From a bacterium (GTDB lineage Bacteria; Vulcanimicrobiota; JAZDOK01), in contig JAZDOK010000001.1 in assembly GCA_043798715.1 (NCBI GenBank), positions 6,480-70,479 of the forward strand: a DNA stretch of 64,000 nucleotides, read 5' to 3'. Shown here one piece after another: positions 28,929 to 38,529 of this stretch. Under the pieces are notes generated by a model, which was not told the origin of the DNA, did no database searches, and saw only the letters and a list, made by a program, of their open reading frames with translations. Position numbers and translations under genes: made by a program. How positions within the stretch are numbered: the stretch's first letter is position 1; each line of letters begins with the position of its first letter.

Positions 28929-31013
28929 GTGAACTTCGTCGAACGGATCCTTCTGATCGAAGATAATCCACTGGTACTCAGGCTGTGGAAGGCCCAGCTC
29001 CGAAAAATGCACTTTGAGGTCAGCACGGCCATCAACGGCTACGACGGGCTGAACAAAGCGCTGCTCGAAAAGCCGGCCCTCATCCTGCTCGACTCGGTGA
29101 TGCCCGAACTGGACGGTTTCGACTTCCTCATGAAACTCCGCGCCAATCCGGCCCTGGCCGCCATCCCCGTAATTATCCTCTCTAATTTTAACTTTTCGGA
29201 GGACATCGAGCGCGCCCGGGAACTCGGGGCCGCCGATTATCTTCTGAAATACGAGCTGACCCCGGCGAAACTTTTCGATACTATCAACACCGTCCTGAAC
29301 CTGAAAAAAGAGGCGCCATCTTGTCCCCCCGGAGATCCCCTTGACCAGATGCTCCTGGACGCCGCCATCCTGGACCCGCAGGAATTGCAGGAGGCCCTGA
29401 AGGCCTCCAGTGCCCAACCTCTGCCCATGATCGAAACCATCGCGACCCTGGACTTTTTGGAACCCCCGGATAAATACCATTTCCTTGAACTTGCCTACCG
29501 GACGGATTTCGTCAGAATATCGGACTACACCGTCTCCCCCGAAGCGCTGGCCCTTATCCCCAAGAAGGCGGCGCTCGAGTGGAAGATCATACCGATCTCT
29601 TTAAAATCCTCCCGCCTCATGGTCGCCATGGTGGATCCAGGCGACATAGCCGCCCTTGACTTCGTGCGGCAGCTCACGGGAAAGGAAGTGCGGGCGGTCT
29701 ATGCCACCCGGGAGGACATAGACAAATCCCTTATCCTCTACTACGGCTCCCCCGACCTTCTGAACCAGCTCCGGAAGAACCTCATGATAGAGACCGCGGA
29801 GGACGAGAGCTGCCGGACTTTCAGCGACGCCTCTAAAATAATCCAGGACCAGGCCCCCGTGGTGGAACTCATGGACGTGCTAATCGTCAAGGCCCTTGAT
29901 GAGCTGGCCAGCGACATCCACCTCGAGCCGGCGGAGGAGGGGGAGATCATCCGCCTCAGGGTGGACGGTGTGCTTCACGACGTACAGACCCTTCCCAGGA
30001 GTATAGAGCCGGCCCTGGCCACCAGAGTGAAGATTATGGCCGGGATGAACATATCCGAGCGCCGCCTGCCTCAGGACGGCCGCTTCCAGATCCGGATGAA
30101 CGAGGAGACGGTGGATTTCAGGGTCTCCAGCATCCCGACTATCTACGGGGAAAAAATCGTGCTTCGGCTCCTCCGCCACCAGGGAGCGCTGGCAACCCTC
30201 GAGGGCCTCGGCTTCGATGACGCGGCCCTCGCCGAATACCGCGCGATGGTCCGCCGGCCCTATGGCATGGTCATCCTGACCGGTCCCACCGGCAGCGGCA
30301 AGACTACAACCCTCTACTCCACCCTCAATTATCTGAAGTCCCGCGACGTCAATATTATCAGCATCGAAGACCCGGTGGAATACCGCATCAGCGGTATAAA
30401 CCAGATTCAGGTGCACCCCAGGATCGGCCTCACCTTCGCCACCGCCCTCCGCTCCATCCTGCGCCAGGATCCCAATATCATCCTGGTGGGGGAAATCCGG
30501 GACTATGAGACCGCAATACTGGCCGTCCAGGCCGCCCTCACCGGACACCTGGTGCTGACCACCCTTCATACCAATGACGCCCCGAGCGCTTTCATCCGCC
30601 TGGTGGACCTGGGGGTACCGCCATTCCTGGTCGCCTCCACCATTAACGGGGTGGTCGCCCAGCGCCTCATGCGCTGCATCTGCTCCGATTGCCGCCGGGA
30701 ACAGGATTTGAGCGATGAGGAGATTGCGCGTCTGGGGGCGGAATACACGCCGGGAATCCGCTTCCAGAATGGAGCCGGCTGCACCTCCTGCCACCGCACC
30801 GGCTACCTGGGAAGAACGGCTGTCTTTGAGGTGCTGCCGCTCTCCAAAAATATCCGGACTTCCATCCAGGATCGTATGAACGCCGACTCCATGCGCGAAA
30901 CAGCCCGCATTGAGGGCATGAAGACCCTGCGGGAGGCGGCCTGGGAAAAGGTCAAGGCGGGATTGAGCACCCTGGAGGAAATGTGGCGGGTGACGCTGGA
31001 GGAGGATAATTGA
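28929..31013 (+). CDS. response-regulator receiver domain fused to MshEN-like domain and GspE/PilB-family secretion ATPase
   Basis: REC domain (ILLIEDNPLVLRL…LILLDSVMPELDGFDF…LLK). An MshEN-like c-di-GMP-binding motif LDQMLLDAAILDPQELQEAL follows. The GspE N2 domain, Walker A GPTGSGKTTT, Asp/His boxes and a tetra-Cys Zn motif (CSDC…CTSC) are present. GTG start. Confidence 0.8.
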   Translation: MNFVERILLIEDNPLVLRLWKAQLRKMHFEVSTAINGYDGLNKALLEKPALILLDSVMPELDGFDFLMKLRANPALAAIPVIILSNFNFSEDIERARELGAADYLLKYELTPAKLFDTINTVLNLKKEAPSCPPGDPLDQMLLDAAILDPQELQEALKASSAQPLPMIETIATLDFLEPPDKYHFLELAYRTDFVRISDYTVSPEALALIPKKAALEWKIIPISLKSSRLMVAMVDPGDIAALDFVRQLTGKEVRAVYATREDIDKSLILYYGSPDLLNQLRKNLMIETAEDESCRTFSDASKIIQDQAPVVELMDVLIVKALDELASDIHLEPAEEGEIIRLRVDGVLHDVQTLPRSIEPALATRVKIMAGMNISERRLPQDGRFQIRMNEETVDFRVSSIPTIYGEKIVLRLLRHQGALATLEGLGFDDAALAEYRAMVRRPYGMVILTGPTGSGKTTTLYSTLNYLKSRDVNIISIEDPVEYRISGINQIQVHPRIGLTFATALRSILRQDPNIILVGEIRDYETAILAVQAALTGHLVLTTLHTNDAPSAFIRLVDLGVPPFLVASTINGVVAQRLMRCICSDCRREQDLSDEEIARLGAEYTPGIRFQNGAGCTSCHRTGYLGRTAVFEVLPLSKNIRTSIQDRMNADSMRETARIEGMKTLREAAWEKVKAGLSTLEEMWRVTLEEDN

Positions 31014-31014
31014 T

Positions 31015-31419
31015 ATGGAACCAAAGATTTTTTTTCTGATCGTCTGCCGGGAGGTCCTGCAGAGCGTGGACGACGCGAGGCAAATCGGCTGCATTCATAT
31101 CTATGATACCCTCTATGCCTCAAATTTTCCTCATACCATTCCCAAGATGACCTTCGTGGCCCGCTACGGCCTGGGGCAGGGCACCTTCACCCACCACTTC
31201 GAGATCCACGACCAGGGGCGCCTTCTCTATAAAGCGCCCCCCACGGAATTTATCCTGCCCAGCGAATTCGATTCTGCAACCGACGTTTTCACCCTGGACG
31301 ACATAGCCATCGAAAGCGCCGGAATCTACTGGATAAAATCCTGCATCAACGGGGTCGAGGCTGCCCGAACTCCCCTCCTGGTAACCTTCCTTCCGGAATC
31401 CGGTGAAGATCGTGCCTGA
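31015..31419 (+). CDS. hypothetical protein (134 aa), translationally coupled to the upstream ATPase
   Basis: TGATATGG stop/start overlap with the GspE-like gene. There are no recognisable motifs. It is in the same frame as the downstream MTase ORF, separated by one TGA. Confidence 0.45.
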   Translation: MEPKIFFLIVCREVLQSVDDARQIGCIHIYDTLYASNFPHTIPKMTFVARYGLGQGTFTHHFEIHDQGRLLYKAPPTEFILPSEFDSATDVFTLDDIAIESAGIYWIKSCINGVEAARTPLLVTFLPESGEDRA

Positions 31420-31440
31420 GGCCGGACCCATTTTCGAAAG

Positions 31441-34146
31441 TTGGGACTTTCCGCCTTGCCTGACCGGCAGATAAGCGCGCGGAGCGCCTTCGATTCAGAG
31501 CGCGTCACCAAGCGCTTCTACAACCGCTTCAAGACGGAACACGGCGTCTTCCTCGGGTTCATTCGGGGCATCCCGGATGAGGAGTTTTCCCGCCGGTATG
31601 CCTCCATTCTGCTCAACCGCCTCATGTTCATCTACTTCATCCAGCAGAAGGGCTTCCTGAACGGCGACGTCCACTACCTGCGCACCCGCCTGGAAGAGTG
31701 CCGGAAAAAGAAAAAGAATGTCTTTTACTCCTCCTTTCTACTGCCGCTTTTCTTCGATGGTTTCGCCAGAAGAGAAGCGGAGCGCCCGGCTGAGACCAAC
31801 CGCCTCCTCGGGCGGGTGCCATATTTGAACGGAGGCCTCTTTCTGCGCCACACGATCGAAGAAGAATACGGCTCCAACATCCGAATCGAGGATGCGGCTT
31901 TCGGGAAGCTCTTTGAATTCTTCGATCAATACCGGTGGCGCCTGGACGAGCGGCCGCCCGGGCAAGATGACGAGCTCAACCCCGACGTGCTCGGCTGCAT
32001 CTTCGAGAAATATATCAGCCAGAAACAGATGGGGGCCTATTACACCGGGGAGGACATCACCGGTTACATCGGCAGGAACACCATCGTTCCTCATCTTTTC
32101 GACGCCGCCCGAAAAAAATATCCGGCCGCTTTCGAAGGAGAGGCATCCGTTTTAAGGCATCTCCGGGCCGACCCCGACCGCTACCTCTTCGACGCCTTCA
32201 AATTCGGCGCGGACCTTCCCCTTCCCGAAGAGATCGCGGCGGGACTTTCGGATGTCTCCAGGCGCACGGGATGGAACCGCCCGGCACCCGAAGCATACGC
32301 CCTCCCCACCGAGATCTGGCGCGAGGCGGCCGCCAGAAGGAAGCGCTGCGAAGAGGTGCGGGGAAAACTCGCCGGAGGCGAAGTCCGCTCCATCAACGAT
32401 CTCATCACCTGCAACCTGGACCTCCGCCGTTTTGCGCAGGATGCCATCGAGCGTTGCGAGGGGCCCGAAATTTTACGCGCCTTCTGGCACGCCATCCGGG
32501 AAGTCACCGTTCTCGATCCCGCCTGCGGCTCCGGCGCCTTCCTCTTTGCGGCCCTCAATATCCTGGAGCCCTTATACGAGGCGTGCCTCGGCCGCATGCA
32601 GTTTTTCGTGGAGGAAGATGCGCATTCCGGGAAAAAGAGCCGACCCGAAAAAACAAGCGACTTCAAGAAAATACTCGATCTGGTCAAAACCCATCCCAAC
32701 CGGCACTGTTTTATTCTAAAATCCATCATCACCGGCAACCTCTTCGGCGTGGACATCATGGATGAGGCGGTGGAAACCTGCAAACTGCGCCTCTTCCTGA
32801 AACTCGCGGCCCAGGCGGAGCGGGCGGAGGATATCGGGCCCCTGCCCGACGTTGATTTTAACATCCGCGCCGGAAACTCGCTGGTGGGATTTGCCGCCCC
32901 GGAGGGACTCAAACAATCTCCTAAAGAGGATCTCGACAGGCGTTTGAGGGGGCTTAAAGACGAGCTGAACCGGGACCTGGCGAAAGAATACCAAGTGGAT
33001 CTTTCAAAGCCCGAGGCCTATGAGGCGTGGCTGGCCTCCCACAAGCCTTTTCATTGGGTTGCCGAATTTTACGGCGTCCTGAAATCCGGCGGATTCGACG
33101 TCATAATAGGAAACCCGCCGTACGTGGAAACCGGGAATGTTCCCGATTACAACGTGCGTGGGTTTGCCACGGAGGATTGCGGGGATCTTTATGCCCTTAT
33201 GATGGAGCGGTCAAGTCAATTGCTGTCCCCTGGCGGTTTCATGGGGATGATCGTCCCCGTTTCCATAACGAGTACCGACGGATTCGACAGCCTTCGCCGA
33301 TGCCTCATAAAAACGGAACACGCCTGCTGGTGCCTAAGTTTCGCCGAACGCCCCTCGAAGCTCTTCACCGGAGTTGAGAAGCGGCTGACAATCTGGTTGA
33401 TGAGCAACAGGCCGGCAGATGAACGGCTGTTTTTGTCGAATTATCGCCGTTGGTTTTCTGAAGAGCGGGGCAACCTGTTTTCAAACATCCTTTTCATTGC
33501 CGGGAAAAATTTGCCGCATCTGGCGGGATCTTCCATCCCCAAGGTTGCGCGACCGGCTGAGATTCGGATTCTCGGGAAGCTCTCAAAACAGGCCCGGCTG
33601 GGCTCGTTTCTCCTTAAGGACTCGCCCAATATCATTTACTATACGCGGAAAGTACGCTACTTCGTCCAATTCCTTGATTTCATACCCGGGATTGCCGATG
33701 CTGAAGGTCATCGCCTGGAACCCTCTGAACTTAAGATGCTCCGCTTCTCTTCTCCCGAACAGCGGGATGCCGCCCTGGCTTTACTTAACTCCGGGCTTTT
33801 CTACTGGTTTTTCTCGGCCTACTCCGATGTGCGAAATGTCAACCGGCGCGAGATCGGGGCCTTTCCATGCTCCCTTGATAAAATGAACCGCAACGTCGTC
33901 AAAGAGCTTCGGCATTTGTGCCAAACACTGATGGCGGACTTCAGGAAGCATTCGAAGATGCTGACGAACAACTATGGAAGTCATGGTCAACTCACCATCC
34001 AGACCTTCCAGCCAAGATTGAGCAAGCCGATCATGGACGAGATCGATCGGGTCCTGGCGAGACACTACGGCCTCACTGACGAGGAACTCGATTTCATCAT
34101 CAACTGCGACATCAAATACCGCATGGGGGACGCCATTTTTTCCTGA
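31441..34146 (+). CDS. N6-adenine DNA methyltransferase, Eco57I/PglX-like (gamma-class), no nuclease domain; start codon uncertain
   Basis: AdoMet motif I VLDPACGSGAFLFAALN and motif IV IIGNPPYV, with ~300 aa of C-terminal TRD-like sequence. The N-terminal helical region has the F-NRF/LMFIYFIQQKGFL motif shared by PglX, type IIG and ISP MTase modules. There is no in-frame ATG before residue ~60, and the ORF track uses the TTG at 31441. Confidence 0.75.
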   Translation: MGLSALPDRQISARSAFDSERVTKRFYNRFKTEHGVFLGFIRGIPDEEFSRRYASILLNRLMFIYFIQQKGFLNGDVHYLRTRLEECRKKKKNVFYSSFLLPLFFDGFARREAERPAETNRLLGRVPYLNGGLFLRHTIEEEYGSNIRIEDAAFGKLFEFFDQYRWRLDERPPGQDDELNPDVLGCIFEKYISQKQMGAYYTGEDITGYIGRNTIVPHLFDAARKKYPAAFEGEASVLRHLRADPDRYLFDAFKFGADLPLPEEIAAGLSDVSRRTGWNRPAPEAYALPTEIWREAAARRKRCEEVRGKLAGGEVRSINDLITCNLDLRRFAQDAIERCEGPEILRAFWHAIREVTVLDPACGSGAFLFAALNILEPLYEACLGRMQFFVEEDAHSGKKSRPEKTSDFKKILDLVKTHPNRHCFILKSIITGNLFGVDIMDEAVETCKLRLFLKLAAQAERAEDIGPLPDVDFNIRAGNSLVGFAAPEGLKQSPKEDLDRRLRGLKDELNRDLAKEYQVDLSKPEAYEAWLASHKPFHWVAEFYGVLKSGGFDVIIGNPPYVETGNVPDYNVRGFATEDCGDLYALMMERSSQLLSPGGFMGMIVPVSITSTDGFDSLRRCLIKTEHACWCLSFAERPSKLFTGVEKRLTIWLMSNRPADERLFLSNYRRWFSEERGNLFSNILFIAGKNLPHLAGSSIPKVARPAEIRILGKLSKQARLGSFLLKDSPNIIYYTRKVRYFVQFLDFIPGIADAEGHRLEPSELKMLRFSSPEQRDAALALLNSGLFYWFFSAYSDVRNVNRREIGAFPCSLDKMNRNVVKELRHLCQTLMADFRKHSKMLTNNYGSHGQLTIQTFQPRLSKPIMDEIDRVLARHYGLTDEELDFIINCDIKYRMGDAIFS

Positions 34147-34262
34147 AAATCGGATCCAAACGTTAACAATTTGGAAACACAACACCCTTTACAGCGACCC
34201 CGGCCTGTGGCATAATACGATCAAGTTATCGGTGTTGGTAAGGTGTTGGCTAAATTGGGAGA

Positions 34263-34290
34263 CCACGGCAATTTGCCGTGGTTTTTCAAT
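34263..34290 (+). terminator. rho-independent terminator
   Basis: Perfect 22-nt palindrome ACCACGGCAAATTTGCCGTGGT followed by TTTTCAATTTT. It lies ~115 nt downstream of the MTase stop. Confidence 0.55.
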
Positions 34291-34397
34291 TTTATGGAAG
34301 GTTGAGCACGCAGAATTAGAATTATGCCTAACAGGGTAAAAACTCTCACGTCAGATGGATCAAAAACGGGGAGCACTCCAAGGCGGAGTGATTGACT

Positions 34398-34430
34398 TTT
34401 CTTTTCTCATCATGATAAAATGCCTACGGG
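34398..34430 (+). promoter_or_regulatory. candidate sigma70-type promoter for the esterase gene
   Basis: TTGACT, then a ~17-18 nt spacer, then TAAAAT-like -10 (ttgacttttcttttctcatcatgataaaat) about 45 nt upstream of the ATG at 34472. Confidence 0.3.
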
Positions 34431-34471
34431 TGCGCGGAATCTTTTTATGGCGCCGCAGCATCCTCTAAAAA

Positions 34472-35170
34472 ATGTCAAAGCACGAAAAAAGCGATAAAAT
34501 ACGTTGTCTTCTGATCCACGGATTCGCCGGGAGTGTCCGGGAGGTATCTCCCCTCGCCGAGTACCTTTCCGGGAGGGGCTATGCGACTTCCTGCATCCGG
34601 CTGAGCGGCCACACCGGGAAGAAGAGCGACCTGGCCGGGAGCGATAATGAGAGCTGGATCCGCTCCGCTGAAGAGGCCCTTCTCGATCGCGGGTGCTCCA
34701 GTGAACGCCTTTTTCTCATCGGCTTTTCCATGGGAGGCCTGATCGCCGTTCAACTGGCACAGAAATATCGGTTGGAAGGAATTGTCACCCTTAACATGCC
34801 TATTTATTACTGGGACGTCCGGAAGTTCCTGAAACATCTCGGCAAGGATTTCAGGACGGGGCGGTTTGAGACGCTGAAACGCTATTTCCGCTCCTCGATC
34901 GACATGCCTTTTGAGGCCGTCTTTAACTTCAGGATCCTCCTGGAGAAGACCAAGCCCCTGCTGAAGAAAACAACCTGCCCCCTCTCCATCCACCAGTCCC
35001 TCGAAGACGATGTCGTGCACTCCAGAAGCGCCGAGTTCATTTATCAGAACGCGGGGTCAACGAAAAAGGAAGTGAAATACTACCCCGGCGCCGGGCACAT
35101 GATTTGTCACAGCCCCGCCTCCGGCGAGGTCTTCAGGGACGTCGAAGCGTTCCTCCGATCCGCGGATTAA
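34472..35170 (+). CDS. alpha/beta hydrolase (carboxylesterase / lysophospholipase family)
   Basis: HGF oxyanion motif LLIHGFAGS, nucleophile elbow GFSMGG, and a C-terminal His (GAGHMICH). Confidence 0.75.
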   Translation: MSKHEKSDKIRCLLIHGFAGSVREVSPLAEYLSGRGYATSCIRLSGHTGKKSDLAGSDNESWIRSAEEALLDRGCSSERLFLIGFSMGGLIAVQLAQKYRLEGIVTLNMPIYYWDVRKFLKHLGKDFRTGRFETLKRYFRSSIDMPFEAVFNFRILLEKTKPLLKKTTCPLSIHQSLEDDVVHSRSAEFIYQNAGSTKKEVKYYPGAGHMICHSPASGEVFRDVEAFLRSAD

Positions 35171-35244
35171 GAAAATCCGGGGTCTTCCGGCTCCGCCTGT
35201 ATTTCCTCCCGGTGCGCCGATAAAATCAGCACCGAAAGCATAGA

Positions 35245-36657
35245 TTACTGATCGCCGGCGGCTTTTTTCCCGATATGAAACCAGTAGAAAAACGGCAGAC
35301 CTATCAGGATCAGGGCCAGCCCCTTGAGGGAATTGATGGGATCCCCCTGTAGAATGAAGACTACGAAGGCCAGGGCGATCAAAATATAGATGGCGGGAAT
35401 CCAGGGGTAGCCGTGCGTTTTATACGGGCGATGGAGGTCGGGCTGCTTCTTCCTCAGGATGAAGAGCCCAAATACGGTGAGGGCGTTGAAGAGGACGGAG
35501 GCAAAGGTCACATAAGTCAGAAGGTCGCTGTAGGTGCCGGTGAGAGTGAGCAGGCAGGCCCAAGCCCCCTGCCAGATCAGGGCGTTTACCGGCGTCCGGG
35601 ATGTTGAGTGCAGGCGGGCAAGGGGCTTAAAGAAAAGTCCGTCCTTGGCCATGGCGAAATAGACCCGCGGACCGCCCAGGATAAGGCCGTTGTTGCATCC
35701 GAAGGTGGAGACGAGGATGGCGGCGGCGATGAAGATGAGGCCCGGCTCTCCGAAGATGATTTTGGCGGCGGCCGCCGCAATGCGGTTGTCCGGGATGGCG
35801 GCGGCGGCGGCGGCCGGGATGAGATAGAAATAGACGGCCGTGACCAGCGTGTAAATAAGCATCGTGACGAGCGCGCCCAGGATGAGTGCCCGGGGCAGGT
35901 TTTTAGGGGCTTCCTTTACCTCCTCGGCGGTGAAGGTGACGGTGTTCCAGGCATCATAGGCGAAGAGGGCCTTGGATAAGGCCACCGCCATCGCGGCAAA
36001 AAGGCCCATCTTGAGGCCGGCCGGAAGAACCGGTTGGAAAAAATTGGCGAAGTTGGTGAAGCTTCCCTTCCCTATGGTGAAGCCCAGTATGATTAGCAGG
36101 ATGACCGCCAACACCTTGAGGAAGGTGAAGACGTTCTGCACCATGGCGCCGGTGTGTATGCCGAAGCAGTTGATGACGGAGAGTAAGATGATGCTGGCGA
36201 TCCCCACCAGTTGGGCCGAATTGAGGGCAAAAGTGTGTCCGCCCAGAGCGAGGCTGAAAAGGATTACATTTTCCGAGAGCGAGGGAATGAAGACTCCGAG
36301 GTACTTGGCAAAGGCGACCGCCACAGCGGCAATGAATCCCGTCTGAATCACGAAGAAGACCGTCCAACCGTAGAGGAAACCCAGCATGGGCGAGTAGGCC
36401 TCCCTGAGAAAGACGTACTGCCCCCCGGCCCTGGGCAGCATGGCGGAAAGCTCCCCGTAGCTCACAGCGCCAAAGAGGGTGAAGAGACCGGCCAGCAGCC
36501 AGAGGGAGAGGATGATCCCGGGGCTCTGTATTATCCCCGCCATGATGGAGGGAGCGATGAAGATGCCGGAGCCGATCATCGAGCCGACGACAATGGTGGT
36601 GGCGCTGGTGAGAGTCAGTCCCTTGAGAAGTCCGCTCTCGGAAGTATCATGTTTCAT
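35245..36657 (-). CDS. APC-family amino acid permease
   Basis: 12-TM profile with the N-terminal APC signature LTLTSATTIVVGSMIGSGIFIAPS. A ggagg RBS is present. Confidence 0.8.
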   Translation of the reverse strand: MKHDTSESGLLKGLTLTSATTIVVGSMIGSGIFIAPSIMAGIIQSPGIILSLWLLAGLFTLFGAVSYGELSAMLPRAGGQYVFLREAYSPMLGFLYGWTVFFVIQTGFIAAVAVAFAKYLGVFIPSLSENVILFSLALGGHTFALNSAQLVGIASIILLSVINCFGIHTGAMVQNVFTFLKVLAVILLIILGFTIGKGSFTNFANFFQPVLPAGLKMGLFAAMAVALSKALFAYDAWNTVTFTAEEVKEAPKNLPRALILGALVTMLIYTLVTAVYFYLIPAAAAAAIPDNRIAAAAAKIIFGEPGLIFIAAAILVSTFGCNNGLILGGPRVYFAMAKDGLFFKPLARLHSTSRTPVNALIWQGAWACLLTLTGTYSDLLTYVTFASVLFNALTVFGLFILRKKQPDLHRPYKTHGYPWIPAIYILIALAFVVFILQGDPINSLKGLALILIGLPFFYWFHIGKKAAGDQ

Positions 36658-36819
36658 CGTGTTTCCTCCGCTTAAAATCGCCCGTTTCCGCTACTGCGGC
36701 AAAGCGCTTCTGATTATTGGAAAGTATTAAACCGGGGCCCTTAAAATCCCTGTCTGATCACGTGTGATCGTTTAAGCATTTTTAGATGGTAAAAAATTCA
36801 GGGCCCAAAGGGATGCCCC

Positions 36820-36848
36820 TTGTCAATGAAAAGGAAATACGCTATACT
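36820..36848 (+). promoter_or_regulatory. near-consensus sigma70 promoter upstream of pdxS
   Basis: TTGTCA, then 17 nt, then TATACT. Confidence 0.5.
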
Positions 36849-36855
36849 TTATTTC

Positions 36856-37005
36856 GCTATGAAATGCGCGCGATGTCATGGAATCTTGTTTCGAGACAGG
36901 ATTTTCGACCTGCCTCGCCTTGTTGAAGAGTATTTCTGCCTCAACTGCGGGGAGCGTTTATGGATTCATCATACAGGCCTGGTGGAGTTTTTTTCACTTA
37001 ATTAA
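36856..37005 (+). CDS. possible small zinc-ribbon protein (50 aa) in the pdxS leader
   Basis: MKCARCHG…CLNCGE contains two CxxC pairs. It lies immediately downstream of the promoter at 36820. The longer 61-aa ORF-track start would overlap the -35 element. There is no homology support. Confidence 0.2.
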   Translation, partial: AMKCARCHGILFRDRIFDLPRLVEEYFCLNCGERLWIHHTGLVEFFSLN

Positions 37006-37019
37006 CTGGAGGGAATGTC

Positions 37020-37913
37020 ATGGCTGCAAGAAAGGAACATGGAACGGAAACGGTCAAGCGGGGCATGGCCCGAATGCAAAAAGGCGGGGTGATCATGGAC
37101 GTGACCACTCCGGAGCAGGCCATTATCGCTCAAACGGCCGGAGCGGTGGCCGTGATGGCCCTTGAGCGGGTCCCGGCCGACATCCGCGCCGAAGGTGGCG
37201 TGGCCCGCATGGCCGATCCCGAAAAAATACGGAGAATCATGGACGCTGTAACCATCCCGGTCATGGCCAAGTGCCGGATCGGGCACTTCGTGGAAGCCCA
37301 AATTATCGAAGCGCTGGGTGTGGATTACATTGACGAGAGCGAGGTGCTCACCCCGGCGGATGAGGAAAACCACGTCTGGAAGCACGCCTTCAAGGTCCCC
37401 TTCGTCTGCGGGGCCCGGGATCTCGGAGAGGCCCTCCGCCGCATCGGGGAAGGCGCCTCCATGATCCGCACCAAGGGGGAGGCCGGAACCGGCAACGTCG
37501 TAGAGGCGGTGCGCCACATGCGCAAGATCATGGGGCAGATCCGCCATCTTATAAACCTGGGCGAAGACGAAGTCATGGCTTTCGCCCGCGATCTCAAGGC
37601 GCCGATGGAGCTCGTTCTTGAGGTAAAAAAACTGGGCCGCCTCCCGGTGGTTAATTTCGCCGCCGGCGGCATCGCCACCCCGGCGGACGCCGCCCTCATG
37701 ATGCAGCTCGGAGCCGACGGCATCTTCGTGGGCTCGGGCGTCTTCAAGTCAGACGACGCGCCCCGACGGGCCAAGGCCATCGTGGACGCCACCACTTACT
37801 ATGACAAACCCGAAATACTGGCCGATATATCAGCCGGCATCGGGGAGCCGATGAAAGGCATAGACATTCGCTCTCTCGACGAAAAACAGCTTCTCCAGGT
37901 GCGGGGCTGGTAG
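37020..37913 (+). CDS. pdxS: pyridoxal 5'-phosphate synthase lyase subunit
   Basis: Highly conserved PdxS sequence ([44 protein letters not shown]…). Confidence 0.9.
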   Translation: MAARKEHGTETVKRGMARMQKGGVIMDVTTPEQAIIAQTAGAVAVMALERVPADIRAEGGVARMADPEKIRRIMDAVTIPVMAKCRIGHFVEAQIIEALGVDYIDESEVLTPADEENHVWKHAFKVPFVCGARDLGEALRRIGEGASMIRTKGEAGTGNVVEAVRHMRKIMGQIRHLINLGEDEVMAFARDLKAPMELVLEVKKLGRLPVVNFAAGGIATPADAALMMQLGADGIFVGSGVFKSDDAPRRAKAIVDATTYYDKPEILADISAGIGEPMKGIDIRSLDEKQLLQVRGW

Positions 37914-37914
37914 C

Positions 37915-38529
37915 ATGCTAATCGGGGTCCTGGCCCTCCAGGGGGCCGTAAGCGAACACCTGGAAATGCTGCGCCGCCTGGGATGCGAAGCTCTTCCCGT
38001 GCGAGACAGAGAGACGCTGTCTTCCGTATCCGGCCTCATCCTTCCCGGCGGGGAATCCACCACCGTGGGTATGCTTCTCAACCGCTGGGAACTCCTCGAC
38101 AGCTTAAGGGCCCGGGCACATGGAGGAATGCCTGTCTTCGGAACCTGCACCGGAATGATTATCCTGGCCAGGGAGATCCTGGACGGCCTCTCAAACCAAC
38201 CGGTGCTGGGCCTCATGGACATTTCCGTTCGCAGAAACGCCTTCGGCCGTCAGCAGGAGAGTTTCGAGGCACCCATACAAATGGGCGCACTCGGCAAGAC
38301 GCCCTTCCCCGGGGTCTTTATCCGGGCTCCCTACATCGAAAAGACGGGAAAAAAAGTTGAAATCCTGGCCGCTTACGAAGAGAAGATCGTCGCCGCCAGG
38401 GAGAAGAACTTTTTAGTCTCCGCCTTCCACCCTGAATTGACGGCAGATTGCCGACTCCACGACTACTTCATAAGTATGTGCGCTCAAGAACCAGCAGCAA
38501 AAAAGGAGATGAGCATATGCCGGTCGTGA
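37915..38529 (+). CDS. pdxT: pyridoxal 5'-phosphate synthase glutaminase subunit
   Basis: Class I glutamine amidotransferase with catalytic Cys in FGTCTGMIIL. It is adjacent to pdxS. Confidence 0.9.
   Translation: MLIGVLALQGAVSEHLEMLRRLGCEALPVRDRETLSSVSGLILPGGESTTVGMLLNRWELLDSLRARAHGGMPVFGTCTGMIILAREILDGLSNQPVLGLMDISVRRNAFGRQQESFEAPIQMGALGKTPFPGVFIRAPYIEKTGKKVEILAAYEEKIVAAREKNFLVSAFHPELTADCRLHDYFISMCAQEPAAKKEMSICRS

Noticed and set aside
31417-31419. In-frame TGA between the 134-aa ORF and the MTase as selenocysteine or a reassigned codon
   Set aside because: There is no SECIS-like hairpin immediately downstream. TGA clearly terminates many well-defined genes in the window (for example the PPIase and YaaT genes), so an alternative genetic code is not supported.
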